IMG/VR virus record: IMGVR_UViG_3300046318_000188
Location: 1-64,000 of that record
DNA length: 64,000 bases
Strand: one strand, 5' to 3'
Source of the DNA: a virus
Made by a program: the position numbers and the translations under genes. The notes under the pieces are model-generated. The model was not told the DNA's origin and did no database searches. It worked only from the letters and a program-made list of their open reading frames with translations. Shown one piece after another: positions 23,143 through 32,864 of the stretch. Within the stretch, counting starts at the first letter, position 1. Each line of letters begins with the position of its first letter.

Positions 23143-24855
23143 ATGGCATTCCAAATCTCTCCAGGCGTAAATGTATCCGAAATCGACTTAACAACGGTCG
23201 TCCCTTCGGTACTAACTACAGCCGGTGCTTTTGTGGGAAACTTCGCATGGGGTCCCGTAAATGTTAGAAAACAAATCGCAGATGAAACACAACTAGTAAA
23301 TGTCTTTAGTAAGCCGGACAGTAATAACTATGTTTCATTCTTTACTGCTGCTTCATTCTTAGCTTACGGTAACAATCTTAGAGTGGTTCGTTCAGTAGGC
23401 GCAAACTGCTATAACGCAATTGCAAATACCGTTACAAACGTAGGTGTTAAAATTGAAAACGAATCAGTATTTGAAAACGTCTATTTAAATAATAATAATG
23501 GATTTGCTGTAGGTTCTTATATTGCAAAATATCCTGGAGTAATAGGTAATTCATTAACCGTTTCAACTCTTGATGCTGGTGCCACTTTTTCCACTTGGAC
23601 AGTAAATGGTGTTAATGTTTCTGGTTATTTTAATGGCGCTCCAGGTACATCAGCCGCTTGTGCTGCTGCCGGTGGTGCTAACGATGAAGTTCACATTATT
23701 GTTACTGACTCTGGTGGTTTATTCACTGGTGTTAAAAATACAGTATTGGAAGTTTATCCTTATTTGTCTAAAGCTTCAGATGCTACCGATTCATTAGGTA
23801 ACTCAAATTATTGGAAAAATGTTCTTTATAATAATTCCAAATATGTTTATGGTGTTGATGCTGTTGATTATGCCAATACTTTCAGTACTTGGGGTCATGC
23901 AATGGCAAATACATCATTTGCAACAGTTGCCACCACACAGACTGTAGGATTAGGAAAAGGTCGTGATGAAGCTCCTGCTACAGCAAATTTAGCGGTCAGT
24001 TGGGATAGATTTGCACACGATGAAGTAGATATTTCTTTAGCTATTACTGGTGATGCAAATATTACTGTTCAACAATATGTTATTGATAATGTTGCTAATG
24101 CTCGTAAAGATTGTATTGCTTTTGTTTCTCCACCATCTTCAAATGTAATTAACCAATCCGGCAATGAAACAACAAACATTACCACTTGGAATACTGCTTT
24201 AGCTCGTTCCACATCGTATGCTGTTGCTGATTCTGGTTGGAAGTATATGTTCGACAAGTACAATAACACATATCGTTATATTCCGTTAAATGCTGATATT
24301 GCTGGTCTCTGTGTTAATACTGACTCCGTTCGTGACCCATGGTTCTCACCTGCTGGTTTAAATCGTGGTGCAGTTAAGAACGCAGTTCGTTTAGCATGGA
24401 ATCCAAACAAAACAGAACGTGATACATTGTATGCACAAGGTATTAACCCTGTCGTTTCTTTCCCCGGTAACGGTATTGTTCTTTATGGTGATAAGACTTT
24501 ACAATCAAAACCGTCTGCATTTGACCGTATTAACGTCAGAAGATTGTTTATTGTTCTAGAAAAAGCAATTGCAACCGCTGCTAAGTATTCATTATTTGAG
24601 TTTAACGATGAGTTTACCCGTGCTCAATTTGTTGCTTTAGTAACACCATTCTTGAGAGATATTCAAGGTCGCCGTGGTATCTATGACTTCCGTGTTGTTT
24701 GTGATACTACAAATAATACAGACCAAGTTATTAGTGCCAATCAGTTTGTTGGTGACATCTATGTTAAACCTGCTCGTTCAATCAACTTCATTCAGTTGAA
24801 TTTCGTTGCAGTAAGAACTGGTGTTGATTTCACAGAAGTCGTTGGTAAGTTCTAA
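23143..24855 (+). CDS. gp18: Tail sheath protein gp18
   Basis: SPGVNVSEIDLT; WFSPAG; FDRINVRRLF. Confidence 0.97.
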   Translation: MAFQISPGVNVSEIDLTTVVPSVLTTAGAFVGNFAWGPVNVRKQIADETQLVNVFSKPDSNNYVSFFTAASFLAYGNNLRVVRSVGANCYNAIANTVTNVGVKIENESVFENVYLNNNNGFAVGSYIAKYPGVIGNSLTVSTLDAGATFSTWTVNGVNVSGYFNGAPGTSAACAAAGGANDEVHIIVTDSGGLFTGVKNTVLEVYPYLSKASDATDSLGNSNYWKNVLYNNSKYVYGVDAVDYANTFSTWGHAMANTSFATVATTQTVGLGKGRDEAPATANLAVSWDRFAHDEVDISLAITGDANITVQQYVIDNVANARKDCIAFVSPPSSNVINQSGNETTNITTWNTALARSTSYAVADSGWKYMFDKYNNTYRYIPLNADIAGLCVNTDSVRDPWFSPAGLNRGAVKNAVRLAWNPNKTERDTLYAQGINPVVSFPGNGIVLYGDKTLQSKPSAFDRINVRRLFIVLEKAIATAAKYSLFEFNDEFTRAQFVALVTPFLRDIQGRRGIYDFRVVCDTTNNTDQVISANQFVGDIYVKPARSINFIQLNFVAVRTGVDFTEVVGKF

Positions 24856-24885
24856 TAAATAATACAACGATATAGGAGATTACAA

Positions 24886-25428
24886 ATGGCATTCAACGTA
24901 GCAGAATTTAGAGCGAATATGATTGGTGACGGTGCTCGTCCCAATCTATTTCAAGTAACATTAACCTTCCCAGCTATTGCCGCCAACGGACAAGCAGCCG
25001 GCCAAAAAGCAACATTTATGGCCAAAGCTGCTCAGTTACCTGGTTCAACAATTGGTCAAGTTCCAGTTTATTACTTTGGTCGTGAACTAAAGTTTGCTGG
25101 TAACAGAACATTTGCTGACTGGACACTGCAAATTATTAATGATGAAGATTTCACGGTTCGTAATTCTATCGAATCATGGATGAATTCTATTAATAGTCAT
25201 GCTACCAATGTGCGTAATACTGCTGCTGGCAGTCCATCTTCATATACAGTAGATGCTTCTGTCACACAGTATGGTAAAACTGGCGAAGCTTTGAAAACTT
25301 ACAAATTTGTTGGAATGTATCCACTTGATTTGGCACCAATTGATTTAGATTGGTCGTCAAATGATACCATTGAAGAATATGGCGTAACATTTGCCTATCA
25401 ATGGTGGGAAACTGATACAACAAATTAA
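24886..25428 (+). CDS. gp19: Tail tube protein gp19
   Basis: GARPNLF; GRELKFAGNRTF. Confidence 0.95.
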   Translation: MAFNVAEFRANMIGDGARPNLFQVTLTFPAIAANGQAAGQKATFMAKAAQLPGSTIGQVPVYYFGRELKFAGNRTFADWTLQIINDEDFTVRNSIESWMNSINSHATNVRNTAAGSPSSYTVDASVTQYGKTGEALKTYKFVGMYPLDLAPIDLDWSSNDTIEEYGVTFAYQWWETDTTN

Positions 25429-25442
25429 TTATATTATATTAC

Positions 25443-25477
25443 GAGGAGAACTTTGGTTCTCCTCATTATGTTTTTTT
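25443..25477 (+). terminator. Hairpin / probable terminator after gp19
   Basis: GAGGAGAAC-tttg-GTTCTCCTC then T-rich tract. Confidence 0.55.
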
Positions 25478-25495
25478 GAATTGGAATAAAATACT

Positions 25496-27166
25496 ATGGC
25501 AAATAAATTCTCACTTTTCGGTTTTACAATTGCGCGGAACAAGGATGAAGAAACCAAGTCCGTGGAGCAATCCTTTACGCCTCCGGCCAACGATGACGGT
25601 GCGCTTACTATTACCTCTGCCGCTTATTATGGAACATACGTTGACCTAGACGGCACAGCAAAAAATGATGTAGAACTTATTTCTCGTTATCGTGAGATGG
25701 CAATGCAACCAGAAATTGAATCGGCAATCGATGATATTATTGGTGAAGCAATCTGTCAAGACGATGATGGTAAGATTATCAAGTTGGTTCTGGACAACCT
25801 TAAACAACCAGAAAAGATTAAAAATGCCATCAGAACGGAATTCAATACCGTTTTAAGATTGTTAAATTACAACAATATGGCACAAGATATCTTCCGTAGA
25901 TATTATGTTGATGGTAAGATGTATTACCACATTATTATTGACCAGACTAAGCCTAATGAAGGCATCAAAGAACTCCGTTATATCGATCCACGCAAACTTC
26001 GTAAGGTTCGTGAAGTAAAGAAAAACAAAGACGAGCGTACTGGTGTGGAAATGATGAATGTAATTAATGAATATTACATCTTCAACGACAAGGTCACCAC
26101 AGGTTCATCACAAAACTTTGGACCTATCGGTGTTCGTATCACAACTGATTCCATCATCTCCGTGGTTTCTGGCCTCATGGACAGTCGCCGTGCAACAGTA
26201 CTGTCTTACCTACACAAAGCAATCAAACCACTTAACCAGTTAAGGATGATTGAAGATGCTACAGTCATTTATCGTATCAGTCGTGCTCCCGAGCGCCGTA
26301 TTTTTTATATTGACGTGGGTAACCTTCCGAAATTAAAAGCGGAACAATATCTCCGTGACATCATGGTCAAGTATAAGAACAAACTGGTATACGATGCAAG
26401 TACTGGTGAAGTTCGTGATGACCGTAAACATCTTTCTATGTTGGAAGATTTCTGGTTACCTCGCCGTGAAGGTGGAAAAGGTACAGAGATTACTACATTA
26501 CCTGGTGGCCAAAATTTAGGTGAATTGGAAGATGTTAAATATTTTGAAAAGAAACTATATAAAGCACTTAATGTGCCGGTTTCTCGATTGAATCCTGAAA
26601 ACTCTGGTTTCTCTCTTGGTCGTACCAATGAGATTACCCGTGACGAATTGAAGTTTTCTAAGTTTGTTGACCGACTAAGAAACAAATTCTCAGATTTGTT
26701 TAACCAAACACTTAGAGTTCAATGCGTTCTCAAAGGTATTTGTACCAATGAAGAATGGGATGAATTTAAAGAAAACATCCACTATGACTTCATTAAAGAT
26801 AATAACTTTAGTGAGTTAAAAGAAGCAGAATTAATGCGTGACCGATTGTCTTTATTGGCAAACATAGACCCATACACAGGTCGTTATTTCTCTCAAACAT
26901 GGATCCAACGCAATGTTCTCCGTTTAACAGACGATGAAATTCAAGAAATGGAAAATGAAATTGAAGAAGAAAAGAAAGCAGGATTAGGATTACCCGTTGG
27001 TGTAATGAATGATGTGGCTCAACAACAAATGATGGCTAATGTTCCTACACAACCAATAAATCCTATTGACATGCAGCACGCACAAGATATGCAGGACAAA
27101 GCGCAACAATCGGCTGGCCAGCAAAAAGAAGAAACAACCATAACTAAATTGAAACGCATATTATAA
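25496..27166 (+). CDS. gp20: Portal protein gp20
   Basis: YRISRAPERRIFYIDVGN; LPRREGGKGTEI. Confidence 0.97.
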   Translation: MANKFSLFGFTIARNKDEETKSVEQSFTPPANDDGALTITSAAYYGTYVDLDGTAKNDVELISRYREMAMQPEIESAIDDIIGEAICQDDDGKIIKLVLDNLKQPEKIKNAIRTEFNTVLRLLNYNNMAQDIFRRYYVDGKMYYHIIIDQTKPNEGIKELRYIDPRKLRKVREVKKNKDERTGVEMMNVINEYYIFNDKVTTGSSQNFGPIGVRITTDSIISVVSGLMDSRRATVLSYLHKAIKPLNQLRMIEDATVIYRISRAPERRIFYIDVGNLPKLKAEQYLRDIMVKYKNKLVYDASTGEVRDDRKHLSMLEDFWLPRREGGKGTEITTLPGGQNLGELEDVKYFEKKLYKALNVPVSRLNPENSGFSLGRTNEITRDELKFSKFVDRLRNKFSDLFNQTLRVQCVLKGICTNEEWDEFKENIHYDFIKDNNFSELKEAELMRDRLSLLANIDPYTGRYFSQTWIQRNVLRLTDDEIQEMENEIEEEKKAGLGLPVGVMNDVAQQQMMANVPTQPINPIDMQHAQDMQDKAQQSAGQQKEETTITKLKRIL

Positions 27167-27169
27167 ATA
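27162..27169 (+). promoter_or_regulatory. T4-type late promoter
   Basis: TATAAATA. Confidence 0.65.
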
Positions 27170-27188
27170 TTTGATTGGAGAATAAAAA

Positions 27189-27380
27189 ATGACAGACAGA
27201 AATATTATCGATTACGCTCAAGATGACAATGCCGTTGAATTTAAAAACGCATTATATAATTCTATTCACGATAAAGTGACGGCACATATTGAAGCTAAAA
27301 AGCAAGAAGTAGCACAAAGTTTAATTAGTCCACAACCACAACAAGCAACCGCTGAGGATACACCAGTTGAAAACACTTAA
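27189..27380 (+). CDS. Small prohead core-like protein (gp67 position)
   Basis: Synteny after gp20; RBS GGAG. Confidence 0.55.
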   Translation: MTDRNIIDYAQDDNAVEFKNALYNSIHDKVTAHIEAKKQEVAQSLISPQPQQATAEDTPVENT

Positions 27381-27594
27381 ACAGTTTATGACGGAAGCAA
27401 CTGCTCATAAAGATAAACAAATGGATCCTCCAAATGTTTTGATTATGAAACGAAAGTCTATTAGACAATTTTCTAATGACCAGCGAGTTGCGTTATATTA
27501 TGTGGATAAGATTAATAAATATGTAACAGTACCTTATACAGCAATGCAATGGAGTGCATCTGCACCAACATCAAGTGCAGCTGAAGAACTATAA
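27367..27594 (+). CDS. Hypothetical head-region protein
   Basis: MKTLKQF..E N-terminus resembles T4-like capsid-targeting sequences. Confidence 0.55.
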   Translation: MKTLKQFMTEATAHKDKQMDPPNVLIMKRKSIRQFSNDQRVALYYVDKINKYVTVPYTAMQWSASAPTSSAAEEL

Positions 27595-27605
27595 TAGGAT
27601 AAAAA

Positions 27606-28130
27606 ATGGCAACCTCAAACAGTATACAAATTTTAGTTGACACCAATAAACGAACCGTTATTAAACGAGTTGGTATTTTTGATGCAGCTGGTGGAGATGA
27701 AAACGAAACCGTTATTATTGATCCTAAGACTTTGGCCTATGCATTGAATGCCAATAATTTAATTTATCAATCAGGCAATACGGTTGCTACAGGATTTGCA
27801 AACTCTGCATTTACTATTTCTAGAGTTGTTGCCTCTGTTGATGCTGAAGTCGGTCACCTACAATTAAAATGGCAAGGCACCGTAAATTCTGCAACCATCT
27901 ATGCTTTGGGTGTTGGAACAACAGATACAAATCCTAATTGTCAGTTCCCAGTCATTGGTAACAATGCACAAGGACCTACAGGTAACGTAACAATCAAAAC
28001 TGTTGGTACAACGGCTAATGCTGCTTATACAATTATCATTGAATTACATAAAAACGGTCAGTTTTATAGTGCCGGTCAGTTCCAAGACCCAGCTGCATTT
28101 AACTACCCTCCTTATGGTGTAACTCCATAA
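27606..28130 (+). CDS. Hypothetical head-region protein
   Basis: ORF with RBS in head operon. Confidence 0.6.
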   Translation: MATSNSIQILVDTNKRTVIKRVGIFDAAGGDENETVIIDPKTLAYALNANNLIYQSGNTVATGFANSAFTISRVVASVDAEVGHLQLKWQGTVNSATIYALGVGTTDTNPNCQFPVIGNNAQGPTGNVTIKTVGTTANAAYTIIIELHKNGQFYSAGQFQDPAAFNYPPYGVTP

Positions 28131-28534
28131 TGAGTAGTTTTGTTTCTAAACTTCTATCGAATAATCTTGTAGAAGCAAGAAACGAAATAGAAGATAAGTT
28201 AAAAAATCTGGTTGATGAAAAACTCAACCAGATTAGATTGCGAATTACCGCAGAGATGTATGATGTAATTATTGAAGGTAACATATTAAGAATGGGCAGA
28301 ACCAAGATGATTAAGGTTCGTGTCCGTAAAGGTAAGATACAACGCCGTAAGAAGTTTTCGGCAGTTAAAGGTTATACAATTCGTGGTGGTAAGTTAACAC
28401 GAATGACACCAATGGAACGCAGACATCGTAAGATGGGCGCCAAAAGGTCAAAGTTTAAAAGAAGGGCTAAATTAAGACAATCCCTCAGAAAAAGAAGAAT
28501 GTCTTTAAGAAAAAGAACGGCAATGGGACTATAA
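28130..28534 (+). CDS. Prohead core protein (gp68-like), very basic C-terminus
   Basis: Position before gp21; R/K-rich tail ending RTAMGL. Confidence 0.65.
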   Translation: MSSFVSKLLSNNLVEARNEIEDKLKNLVDEKLNQIRLRITAEMYDVIIEGNILRMGRTKMIKVRVRKGKIQRRKKFSAVKGYTIRGGKLTRMTPMERRHRKMGAKRSKFKRRAKLRQSLRKRRMSLRKRTAMGL

Positions 28535-28539
28535 TAAAA

Positions 28540-29184
28540 ATGAAACTCATTAAAGAAATTAACGAAACGGTAAATTACCTTACAGAAGATGCTGATGGCA
28601 AGAAGTCATTGTTCATCGAAGGTCCGTTCTTGGTGGCTGAAACCAAGAACCGTAATGGCCGTTTGTATGAATTTAACACAATGAAAAAAGAAGTTGCTAG
28701 ATATACAGAATCATATATCAACAAGCAACGTGCTTTTGGAGAACTAGGCCATCCAGAAACTCCGACCATCAACTTAGACCGTGTATCACACATGATTGTA
28801 GGTCTCAGAGAAGATGGTAATCAATGGATTGGTAAAGCAAAGATTTTAGATACTCCTATGGGTAACATCGCCAAAAGTCTTATCGAAGGTGGTGCTCAAT
28901 TAGGTGTATCTTCAAGAGGTATGGGCTCGTTGAAAAATGTTAACGGTGTTAATGTTGTTCAGCCCGATTTCTATCTAGCCACAGCGGCAGATATTGTAGC
29001 AGATCCTTCCGCCCCAGGCGCTTTTGTGCAAGGTATCATGGAAGGTAAGGAATGGATGTTGGTCAATGGTGTATGGACAGAACAAGATTATTCTCAAGCA
29101 AAGTCTTTAATTAAGGCGGCAACAAGAGAACAAATTGAAGAAGTAAGTCTACGCATCTTTGGAAACTTCCTTAAAAAACTTTAA
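28540..29184 (+). CDS. gp21: Prohead protease gp21
   Basis: GELGHP; GVSSRGMGSL; DIVADPSAP. Confidence 0.96.
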   Translation: MKLIKEINETVNYLTEDADGKKSLFIEGPFLVAETKNRNGRLYEFNTMKKEVARYTESYINKQRAFGELGHPETPTINLDRVSHMIVGLREDGNQWIGKAKILDTPMGNIAKSLIEGGAQLGVSSRGMGSLKNVNGVNVVQPDFYLATAADIVADPSAPGAFVQGIMEGKEWMLVNGVWTEQDYSQAKSLIKAATREQIEEVSLRIFGNFLKKL

Positions 29185-29185
29185 T

Positions 29186-29193
29186 TATAAATA
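29186..29193 (+). promoter_or_regulatory. T4-type late promoter
   Basis: TATAAATA upstream of gp22. Confidence 0.7.
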
Positions 29194-29221
29194 TCCAATA
29201 TAAATCAAGGAGATTTTCAAA

Positions 29222-30415
29222 ATGGGAAAATTTAATCTGTCCGAAGCCGCTAAAGAAGTTCTTTCTGGCAATGTTGCTAGCAAGAAAAGTGGCCAAGAAT
29301 CCGGTGTAGGTAATACATCTTTAAAAGGTGATGTTGCTTACGGTACTAAAGAAGTTGACGTTGGTTCTACACCAACCAAAACAACTGACGCTAATCCTGA
29401 CTATACAAAAGGTGCACCAACAGCTAAGGCTCCGGGTGCAACTCCTCCTGTAGGTTCTGAGCCTAAGAAAGTTTTGGCTAAACAACCTGCTGAGAGTGGT
29501 TCTGTTGAAGATCCAGAAGGCAAAGCAGGCAAACAAACCATGGCTAAAAATCCTGGTGCTACATTCCAATCTTACGGTGAAGAAACTGAGTCTGATGACG
29601 AAGTTGTTGCTGAAGAAAAAGAAGAAGAACACGAAGATGAAGCTGAAGATAAAAAACTCATCAAAAAGATGATTAGTAAGGCAAAAATGAAAGAAGATAT
29701 GGATGCATTGCTGTCTGGTGAAAACCTTTCAGAAGAATTCGTTACTAAAGCTGCTACAATTTTTGAAGCTGCCGTTGTTGCTCGTGCAGAAGAAGTTATT
29801 GCTGAAGCTGAAGCACAATTACAAGAGCAGTTTGATGCTGCTGTTGAAGAAATCAAAGAAGATTTGGCTTCTAAAGTTGACGACTATCTCAACTATATGG
29901 TTGAAGAATGGATGAAAGAAAACGAAATCGCAATTGAAAAAGGTCTCCGTGCTGAAATCGTGGAAGACTTTATCGGTGGATTACGCAACCTGTTCGTTGA
30001 ACACTATATCGACATTCCTGCCGACAAGGTAGATGTTGTTGAAGAATTGACAAACAAAGTTGAAGAACTCGAAGCATCTTTAAACGAAGAAATGAATCGT
30101 TCTGTTGAGTTGGTAAAATCTCTTAACGAACAGAAAAAAATTGAGGCTATCTACACAGCGTGTGAAGGCCTGTCGCAGACCCAAGTAGAGAAATTAAAAT
30201 CGCTCGCAGAGAACGTTGATTTTACTACTGAAGAAGAATTTGTTGCTAAAGTGGACGTTTTGAAAGAATCTTATTTCAAATCTGAAGTTAAAGCTGCTGA
30301 TTCATCTGCTTTGGACGATGAAGTTCAAATCGAAGAAGAAACAAAGAAACCAGCCGTTTCTGTTGATCCTTTAATCGAACAAGTCGCAAGAACTATTTCA
30401 CAATCAAAGAAGTAA
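29222..30415 (+). CDS. gp22: Prohead scaffold protein gp22
   Basis: Acidic coiled coil; KVDDYLNYMVEEW. Confidence 0.92.
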   Translation: MGKFNLSEAAKEVLSGNVASKKSGQESGVGNTSLKGDVAYGTKEVDVGSTPTKTTDANPDYTKGAPTAKAPGATPPVGSEPKKVLAKQPAESGSVEDPEGKAGKQTMAKNPGATFQSYGEETESDDEVVAEEKEEEHEDEAEDKKLIKKMISKAKMKEDMDALLSGENLSEEFVTKAATIFEAAVVARAEEVIAEAEAQLQEQFDAAVEEIKEDLASKVDDYLNYMVEEWMKENEIAIEKGLRAEIVEDFIGGLRNLFVEHYIDIPADKVDVVEELTNKVEELEASLNEEMNRSVELVKSLNEQKKIEAIYTACEGLSQTQVEKLKSLAENVDFTTEEEFVAKVDVLKESYFKSEVKAADSSALDDEVQIEEETKKPAVSVDPLIEQVARTISQSKK

Positions 30416-30444
30416 TAACCTTATAATAATAAAAAGGAAATAAA

Positions 30445-31767
30445 ATGTATTTAACAGAAGAACTACAAAAAAAATGGGAACCAATTCTTGAGCATCCAGA
30501 ATTAGAGTCCATCAAAGACCCATACAAGAAAGCTGTTACAGCTCTTGTTTTGGAAAACCAATCACAAGCAATGCGTCAAGATGCAATGGCTTTGAACGAA
30601 GCAACTGCTTCTGCTCCTACTAACGTAGGCGGTGGCGTTTCTAACTTTGATCCAATCTTGATTTCTTTGGTACGCCGTGCTTTGCCAAATCTTATCGCTT
30701 ATGACGTTGCTGGTGTTCAACCAATGACAGGTCCTACAGGTTTGATTTTTGCAATGCGTGCTAAGTATGCTACTCAAGGTGGTACTGAGGCATTCTACAA
30801 CGAAGCAAATACAATGTTCTCTGGTACAGGTTCTGCTGGTAACCCTTACGGTTTCACTGGTACAACTGCAACAGACACAAGTACAAACTTCCAAAACCAA
30901 ACTACTGCTAATACTACATCTGGTATCGCTATTCCTACAGCAGCTGCTGAAGGTTTGGGTGCTGATGCTAATGCAGCGTTTGCTCAAATGGCTTTCTCTA
31001 TCGAGAAAGTTACTGTAACTGCTCAATCACGTGCTTTGAAGGCTGAGTACTCATTAGAGTTGGCACAAGACTTGAAAGCAATTCATGGTCTTGACGCTGA
31101 AACAGAATTGTCAAACATTCTGTCTACTGAGATTCTTGCTGAAATCAACCGTGAAGTTATCCGTACTATTTACAATACTGCCGTTGGTGGTGCTCAGTAT
31201 GGTACAACTACTGCTGGTACATTCGACTTAGACACAGACTCAAACGGTCGTTGGTCAGTTGAGCGTTTCAAAGGTTTGATTTTCCAAATCGAGCGTGATG
31301 CAAACATTATTGCTAAACAGACTCGTAGAGGTAAAGGTAACGTGATGATTGTTTCTTCTGACGTTGCTTCAGCAATGGCAATGGCTGGTGTATTGCAATA
31401 TACTCCTGCTCTCCAAGCTGATTTGCAAGTAGATGACACAGGTAACACATTTGCTGGTATGTTGCATGGCCGTATCAAGGTTTATATCGACCCGTATTTT
31501 GGTGGATATCAATCTAACCAAGAACTCGTAACTATCGGTTACAAAGGTTCTAGCCCATACGATGCAGGTTTGTTCTATTGCCCATACGTTCCGTTGCAAA
31601 TGGTTCGTGCAGTTGACCAGTTTACATTCCAACCTAAGATTGGTTTCAAAACTCGTTACGGCATGGTAGCTAACCCATTCGCACAAGGTCCTGTAGCTGG
31701 TGGCAACGCTTTGACTTCACGTTCAAACGTTTACTATCGTTTGTTTGCTGTCAAAAACTTGATGTAA
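30445..31767 (+). CDS. gp23: Major capsid protein gp23
   Basis: GVQPMTGPTGLIFAMR; SRALKAEYS; FQPKIGFKTRYG. Confidence 0.98.
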   Translation: MYLTEELQKKWEPILEHPELESIKDPYKKAVTALVLENQSQAMRQDAMALNEATASAPTNVGGGVSNFDPILISLVRRALPNLIAYDVAGVQPMTGPTGLIFAMRAKYATQGGTEAFYNEANTMFSGTGSAGNPYGFTGTTATDTSTNFQNQTTANTTSGIAIPTAAAEGLGADANAAFAQMAFSIEKVTVTAQSRALKAEYSLELAQDLKAIHGLDAETELSNILSTEILAEINREVIRTIYNTAVGGAQYGTTTAGTFDLDTDSNGRWSVERFKGLIFQIERDANIIAKQTRRGKGNVMIVSSDVASAMAMAGVLQYTPALQADLQVDDTGNTFAGMLHGRIKVYIDPYFGGYQSNQELVTIGYKGSSPYDAGLFYCPYVPLQMVRAVDQFTFQPKIGFKTRYGMVANPFAQGPVAGGNALTSRSNVYYRLFAVKNLM

Positions 31768-31796
31768 TATAAAAATCACCGTAGAGTGATACTTTA

Positions 31797-31826
31797 GAGA
31801 GACCTCTTCGGAGGTCTCTTTTTTTA
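31797..31826 (+). terminator. Intrinsic terminator after gp23
   Basis: AGAGACCTC-TTCG-GAGGTCTCT + T run. Confidence 0.9.
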
Positions 31827-31842
31827 TGGCCTAAATAATCAT

Positions 31843-32379
31843 ATGACAGCACTTACAAGAACCCCCGAAGCAGGTAGTTTTCTACAACCGACAAAATACC
31901 TATTAACATTTGATAGGATTAAAACGGTACAGTTCTACTGCCAATCAGTTAACATACCTGGAATCAACCTAGGACAGGCACCAATCAGCACACCTATGTT
32001 GGACATATTTGCACCAGGTAATAAGATTACTTACAACCCACTAAACATACATTTCTTGGTTGATGAGAAGTTACAGTCATGGCAAGAATTACACGCTTGG
32101 TTCCGTTCCATCGCATCTCCAGAGAGTTTTGATGAGAGAAAAAGGTTGGGCACACTCCAGAACCAATACTCTTTAGGCGGAAAAAGACCACAGGCATATT
32201 CTGATGCCACACTAACGGTATTATCATCCTTGAATAACCCTATTTTAAGGGTCAAATTCTACAATATGTTCCCAATTACACTTTCGGATATCATATTCGA
32301 TTCCGCACAATCGGCAGATGATGTAATTTCAGCGGATGCGGTATTCATATTTGACTATTTTGATTTTGAATACGCTTGA
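31843..32379 (+). CDS. gp3: Tail completion/tube terminator gp3
   Basis: FYCQSVNIPGI; YSDATL; synteny. Confidence 0.85.
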   Translation: MTALTRTPEAGSFLQPTKYLLTFDRIKTVQFYCQSVNIPGINLGQAPISTPMLDIFAPGNKITYNPLNIHFLVDEKLQSWQELHAWFRSIASPESFDERKRLGTLQNQYSLGGKRPQAYSDATLTVLSSLNNPILRVKFYNMFPITLSDIIFDSAQSADDVISADAVFIFDYFDFEYA

Positions 32380-32405
32380 CATTTAATTAATATTATGTTA
32401 TATTA
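32377..32405 (+). promoter_or_regulatory. Sigma70-type promoter for uvsY
   Basis: TTGACA-17-TATATT. Confidence 0.65.
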
Positions 32406-32429
32406 AAGGTTTAGATACCTTTTTATATT

Positions 32430-32864
32430 ATGGAAAACTTAGAACAAATACTGAAATTGTGGGAAAAAGATGCAGACATTGACCAGACAGAACCTGGTAA
32501 AGAACTGCTGAAGATTCCAAAACTACACAACCAATATCTCTCCATTCTTACCAAACACAAGATTGCTTCCAAAAAGGCACATTTTGATTACTTGCGTATG
32601 CGTAAAGTAAAACTCGACTATTATGCCGGAAGAATGGATCAAGAAGATTTAGAAAAATATGGATGGCAACCTTTTGCCTTTGTATTGAAGTCTGATATCA
32701 ATGCCTACTTAGAAGGCGATTCGGACCTTATTAAATTATTAGAGAAAAAAGTATATCACGAAGAATCTGTTTCTGTTGTTGAATCAATCATGTCTGAATT
32801 GAAACAGCGAACATGGCAGTTGCGTGATTTTATATCATGGGAAAAGTTCATTGGCGGACAGTAA
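32430..32864 (+). CDS. uvsY: Recombination mediator UvsY
   Basis: IPKLHNQYL; WEKFIGG; synteny. Confidence 0.9.
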   Translation: MENLEQILKLWEKDADIDQTEPGKELLKIPKLHNQYLSILTKHKIASKKAHFDYLRMRKVKLDYYAGRMDQEDLEKYGWQPFAFVLKSDINAYLEGDSDLIKLLEKKVYHEESVSVVESIMSELKQRTWQLRDFISWEKFIGGQ